A stretch of DNA of 64,000 bases. Source: Phoronis australis (taxonomy: Eukaryota; Animalia; Phoronida). The notes beneath the pieces were generated by a model. It was given only the letters and a program-made list of their open reading frames with translations. It was not told the DNA's origin and did no database searches. Of the stretch, positions 60,100 through 64,000 are shown piece by piece. The translations under genes and the position numbers were made by a program. The stretch lies in NCBI GenBank assembly GCA_002633005.1, contig NMRA01000991.1:12527-76526 (forward strand), read 5' to 3'. The first letter of the stretch is position 1. Each line of letters begins with the position of its first letter.

Positions 60100-61160
60100 T
60101 TATAACTTATCTTTTATTTTATATCAGCACAGCCCAGTCAGGATAGATAAGATCTTATTAAAGATTAGAGCAATTACATGTATAGAACAAAAGAGAGCTG
60201 GCCCTGCAACCATGAATGCCAGAATGGAGTTTATCATTGGTGTAAGATATTGGCTAAAGGGGTCAGCTTCCCAACTTGTTGTTGGGCCAAAAAAAAACGA
60301 ACAAGTTGGGAGCAATGACAACACGCCGTTATGAGAACTCGGTGAAGTTTTAAAGGTTTTATATCGAATTTTGGTGATTTATTGGTGCTAAACGATGAAT
60401 TCAAGCGATAAGCTGACAACACTAACCCGTGTTGTGAACTGTTGAACAGACAGCGTGTGAAACCAATTACGTCATTTGATAATTTCAACACATCCGCCTG
60501 CCGTCAGGTGTCAGGTAACGCAACCGAACGTCCCGTTATCGAGTAGAACTATTCGACTTGTATGGATCAGCTATTGTGCATAGCTTTTTTCCAAACGGAT
60601 GAAGGACACTAATTCATTTCAGTGAAAAGTTTGCTACGTGGGAACATTTTAACCTTCACAACTGCTGGCAAGTTGATATAGCGTTTGATGCTTATAATGA
60701 AAACAGCTTGAAAGCAGCCGTAAGAGCTGCCAGTGGTTCAGGTCATCGTACCAAAGTTTCACTCCAAACCCGACTGCCTCTAAACTGAAACATTTCGTTG
60801 CCAAACTCGAAGAATAAAGAGGAGTTGCTCATGCTGTCTGCTGGGGATATTTCGCCATTTGCCTGCCTTACGGAAAAGATATGTACCCACGGTCAGTCCG
60901 TTTTTTTCCTTTGGCTCTGATTGACAAGCCAACGCGCAATCATGAGAAGGTGGGTATCCGGATGTGTCTGCACACTCCAGCTGCTTTGATCAAACTGAAG
61001 TAATCAAAGAATAATGGTTACAAGAGTGGGTACTGATGTTGTTGCCATTCGTCATGGTGTTTTGATCAACTTTAGACTTTGCAGCCAGCGATAAAATTAT
61101 AGGCAGTGGTTAAACCTGGCAAGAAGGTGCGGGTTTTCTTCATCAATGCTATGTTTGAAC
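60100..61160 (+). mobile_element. Academ-like transposase relic (C-terminal XPG/PIN-like nuclease region)
   Basis: GSAIVH (~60565); VDIAFDAYNENSLKAAVRAASGSGHRTKV...PLN*...NSKNKEELL (60672-60830); NHEKVGIRMCLH (HEEADTR-like); TRVGTDVVAI (DTDV-like). Confidence 0.7.
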
Positions 61161-61195
61161 TGCTTACATGTAGGTACGATGTGTGGGTAGCTTAA

Positions 61196-61740
61196 CCCTT
61201 ACAAAAAATGAACTTAAGTTTTCATCGAAAAACTTAAGTTTTTGGTCTGAAAAACTTAAGTTTTCATTCCCGAAAACTTAAGTTTTTGGCGAAAACTTAA
61301 GTAGTTTGGAACAAGTTTTTTGGAACGAACTTAAGTTTTCATAACTTAAGTTTTCAAAAACTTAAGTTTTTCAAAAACTTAAGTTCTGAAAACTTAAGTT
61401 TTTCAAAAACTTAAGTTCTGAAAACTTAAATTTTCAAAAACCTAAGTTTTTCAAAAATTAAGTTCTGAAAACTTAAGTTTTTCAAAAACTTAAGTTTTCT
61501 GAAAACTTAAGTTTTGAAAACTTAAGTTCGTTCCAAAAAACTTGTTCCAAAATACTTAACTTTTTGGAAAACTTAAGTTTCAGAAACTTAAGTTTTTGAA
61601 AAAACTTAAGTTTTGGAACAAGTTTTTAGTAACAAACATAAGTCATCAAAACTTAAGTTTTTGAAAACTAAGTTTTCCGAACATAAGTTTTCAAGGAACT
61701 AACTTTGAAAACTGAAGTTTTCTAAAAGAAATAAGTTTCA
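61196..61740. repeat. Array of palindromic AAAACTTAAGTTTT units after a CCCTTACAAAAAA start; probable subterminal array of a DNA transposon
   Basis: More than 20 copies of the CTTAAG-centred palindrome. Higher-order inversion between 61308-61335 and 61521-61548. Confidence 0.85.
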
Positions 61741-62621
61741 ATAGGACAGACATTCAAAAATTTCGACTTTCACTAAAACAAGAGTGGAGTACAGTAACAA
61801 ATTTAATGATTCTCATCAAGATTTAACAAACTAGAGTTCTATTAACATTTCATTAACAGTGATTAATTGCAGAAAATAAAATGCACTTCCTAAAATACAC
61901 TAGTTCCTTAAAATAAGTGAACAAAAGTGAAATATCAAAATATTAAAAACCAAAAACATTTCAAAAATCAGTTCATCAAGTGCCATGCATACAATGCAGT
62001 GAAAACTAAATGAGGCTAATAATATATTCAATATTTGCATCGTTCTCAGTCTATGACACTTATGCGATAACTGAGGGAGCAAAATGGAATGTACAAACAG
62101 AGAAATCACTACCAAATCATGAAACAAAACCAAAGAAAATGTGATTACATAGCCAGGAAGGACTACAACAAAAGTCTACGTTTCAACAGCAGACTTTTTC
62201 AACTAAAATTACAGCAATGACACCAAGAATAACAAATCACTTAATATGCAAAATCCAAGAATATCCGCAGAGACAAAAGCATAACATAAAACGTAACAGG
62301 TAACTAAAAGTTTATCGACAATGGCCACGGGTCTGATTTTGGGAAGTACAATCCTTATGCTAGAAATAGTGCCTAGAAATGACTAGAATCACCTATAATT
62401 GTTTGCAACCTTAAAAATATCAATTTAAAAGTCAAAGTTTCGTTTTGTTGACAATCATAATAACAGTAAATCCAATACACTCCATGGTGCAAACAAGTTT
62501 CACTAAAAGTAACCCTAAGTACAACCTGGTTATACGAGATGGAAATTAGAAAACTTAGACCTTTGACCACAAAAATATTCTTTTTCCTGTAATTTAAAGC
62601 TACTGAACTTCATACACATAT

Positions 62622-63120
62622 AGGGCCTTTCATACTAACATAGACGCGTCGACGTTTTTGGGAGTTAATGTCAGTTTGAACGCTTAAACTTTGGTCCTGG
62701 AAGGAAGTTAACAGCGCCAGTTAACTTCGCACTAAACAGGTGGATTTAATTGCTTAGCGTCAATGCTGCCACGCAGTATAAACGATCAACTTCAGTCCTA
62801 TCGAAGTTATTGCCAGGGGCCACTGTTATCATTAACAAATTCACAGTAGTGTGATGGCTAATAGTTGCTTATACCTTGCTATAATAATCACCAATCAATT
62901 TAAAAATACGTTTTATGTCAATTAACACATGTAAACGTTCCCAAGTTGTCACATCTTAGCGTGCAGTGCTACCTTGCGATACCTTCGATCACGACAGCGT
63001 CACCTACTGTTTACTTTGAAGTTCATTAACTACAGAAGCCAGAATGAACGGTCCACTTAACTTTGCAGTGTACGCCGATGCTCCGCTCAGACAAGAGTTA
63101 AGTCAATGTGAAAGGGCCCT
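62622..63120. mobile_element. PIF/Harbinger-like MITE
   Basis: TIR AGGGCCTTTCATACT ... AATGTGAAAGGGCCCT in a TA-rich site. Confidence 0.65.
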
Positions 63121-63273
63121 ATGGTAGACCACAAGACACTTAATCTTCTTTAGCTAGATCTGCTCGCTTAGCTTCACAGGCAAATAATCCATGTTTTGTG
63201 ACTACAAACGCGCATTTCTGAGCTCAGATAACTGAATTCATAGGTTCATGAGCTGCAGTTCGTAAGTGCGTAC

Positions 63274-63324
63274 GTTGCGTTGTCTGGGTAGCCTTCCTTA
63301 TCCAACCATTGTTGAAGGCACACT
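63274..63324 (-). CDS. 51-nt phase-1/1 exon candidate upstream of kringle A (CAFNNGWIRKATQTTQ)
   Basis: Strong acceptor TTTTTTTTGTCTTTATTGCAG and donor GTACGC. Open, and splices in frame to kringle A (...TTQ-P-EYPGC). Confidence 0.55.
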
Positions 63325-64000
63325 CTGCAATAAAGACAAAAAAAATTAATAACAGATGGGTAAAAGCTATCAGTATAAGACAACTTAACTTGCTGGATAT
63401 TTATCGTGCTGTTTATACAATGCTGATTTGTAAAACTTCCTGACTTATATACAGAGCCTAGAAAATAGTCTTCAAACTCAAAATTTAACCAATCGCTCTC
63501 CAGGATTCAAGTGCAAGACTAGTCTGCACGTTTACTTCAAGCATGCACTGCAGTGGGTCAGTTTTCCACATAGTGTTTTGAATGAAGTTTTAATCCTGGA
63601 TTCGCGACATTCAAAACAATTTTATTCTATACAACTTGAATAGAAACATGCACATGGTCACCTATCATGCTATCACAATCTAGAACAAGCCGTGCATATG
63701 ACAAAACTTAATGTGTTAATAAAAGTTGGACTTCAGGCTAACAAGGTATCGTATCCTGTAACTTTTTAGTTCAAGTTCTATGACAAATTAATTAATATTT
63801 TTATCAAATGATGAAACTGTTGGCAACTGCAATAAACTACAATTCCCATTATTTTAATGAACTTTGCATTTTTTAATTCGTTAATCTGATAAGAAAATGC
63901 ACAACTCTACATAATGAGCAGAGATAGTTGTATTCTAACTAGCTGTCTCCAGCCAGCATAGAACTTCTTACTAATGTTTCATGGACATTTAGCCGGCACA

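Noticed and set aside
56569-61740. CRISPR-like arrays (25-bp minisatellite and CTTAAG array)
   Set aside because: There are no unique spacers of constant length and no cas genes, and the context is eukaryotic.

Overview
This is eukaryotic, AT-rich, transposon-saturated DNA, most likely from a marine invertebrate (inferred from the TE repertoire and frequent TACATGTA). There are no prokaryotic features such as operons or CRISPR arrays. The only convincing host gene is on the minus strand. It has two paralogous 282-nt phase-1/1 kringle exons (52390-52671 and 45618-45899), apparently joined by a chain of three micro-exons, plus a 51-nt upstream exon candidate at 63274-63324. Most of the rest is intronic or intergenic and filled with nested transposon relics: an internally deleted Kolobok with THAP-transposase and KolX/P2X7-ballast ORFs fused head-on, a spliced KolX pseudogene, another THAP/Kolobok relic, two TTAA-flanked Sola3-like elements, hAT-like elements with 5-bp and 7-bp target duplications, two Academ-like transposase relics, two BEL/Pao retroelements, a CR1/L2-type LINE fragment, CMC/EnSpm-like ends, MITEs and satellites. 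TE family names come from hand-recognised motifs, not database searches. I found no clearly new biological system. The best candidates for a second look are the fast-diverging tandem kringle gene with its micro-exon linker and the convergent-ORF Kolobok derivative.
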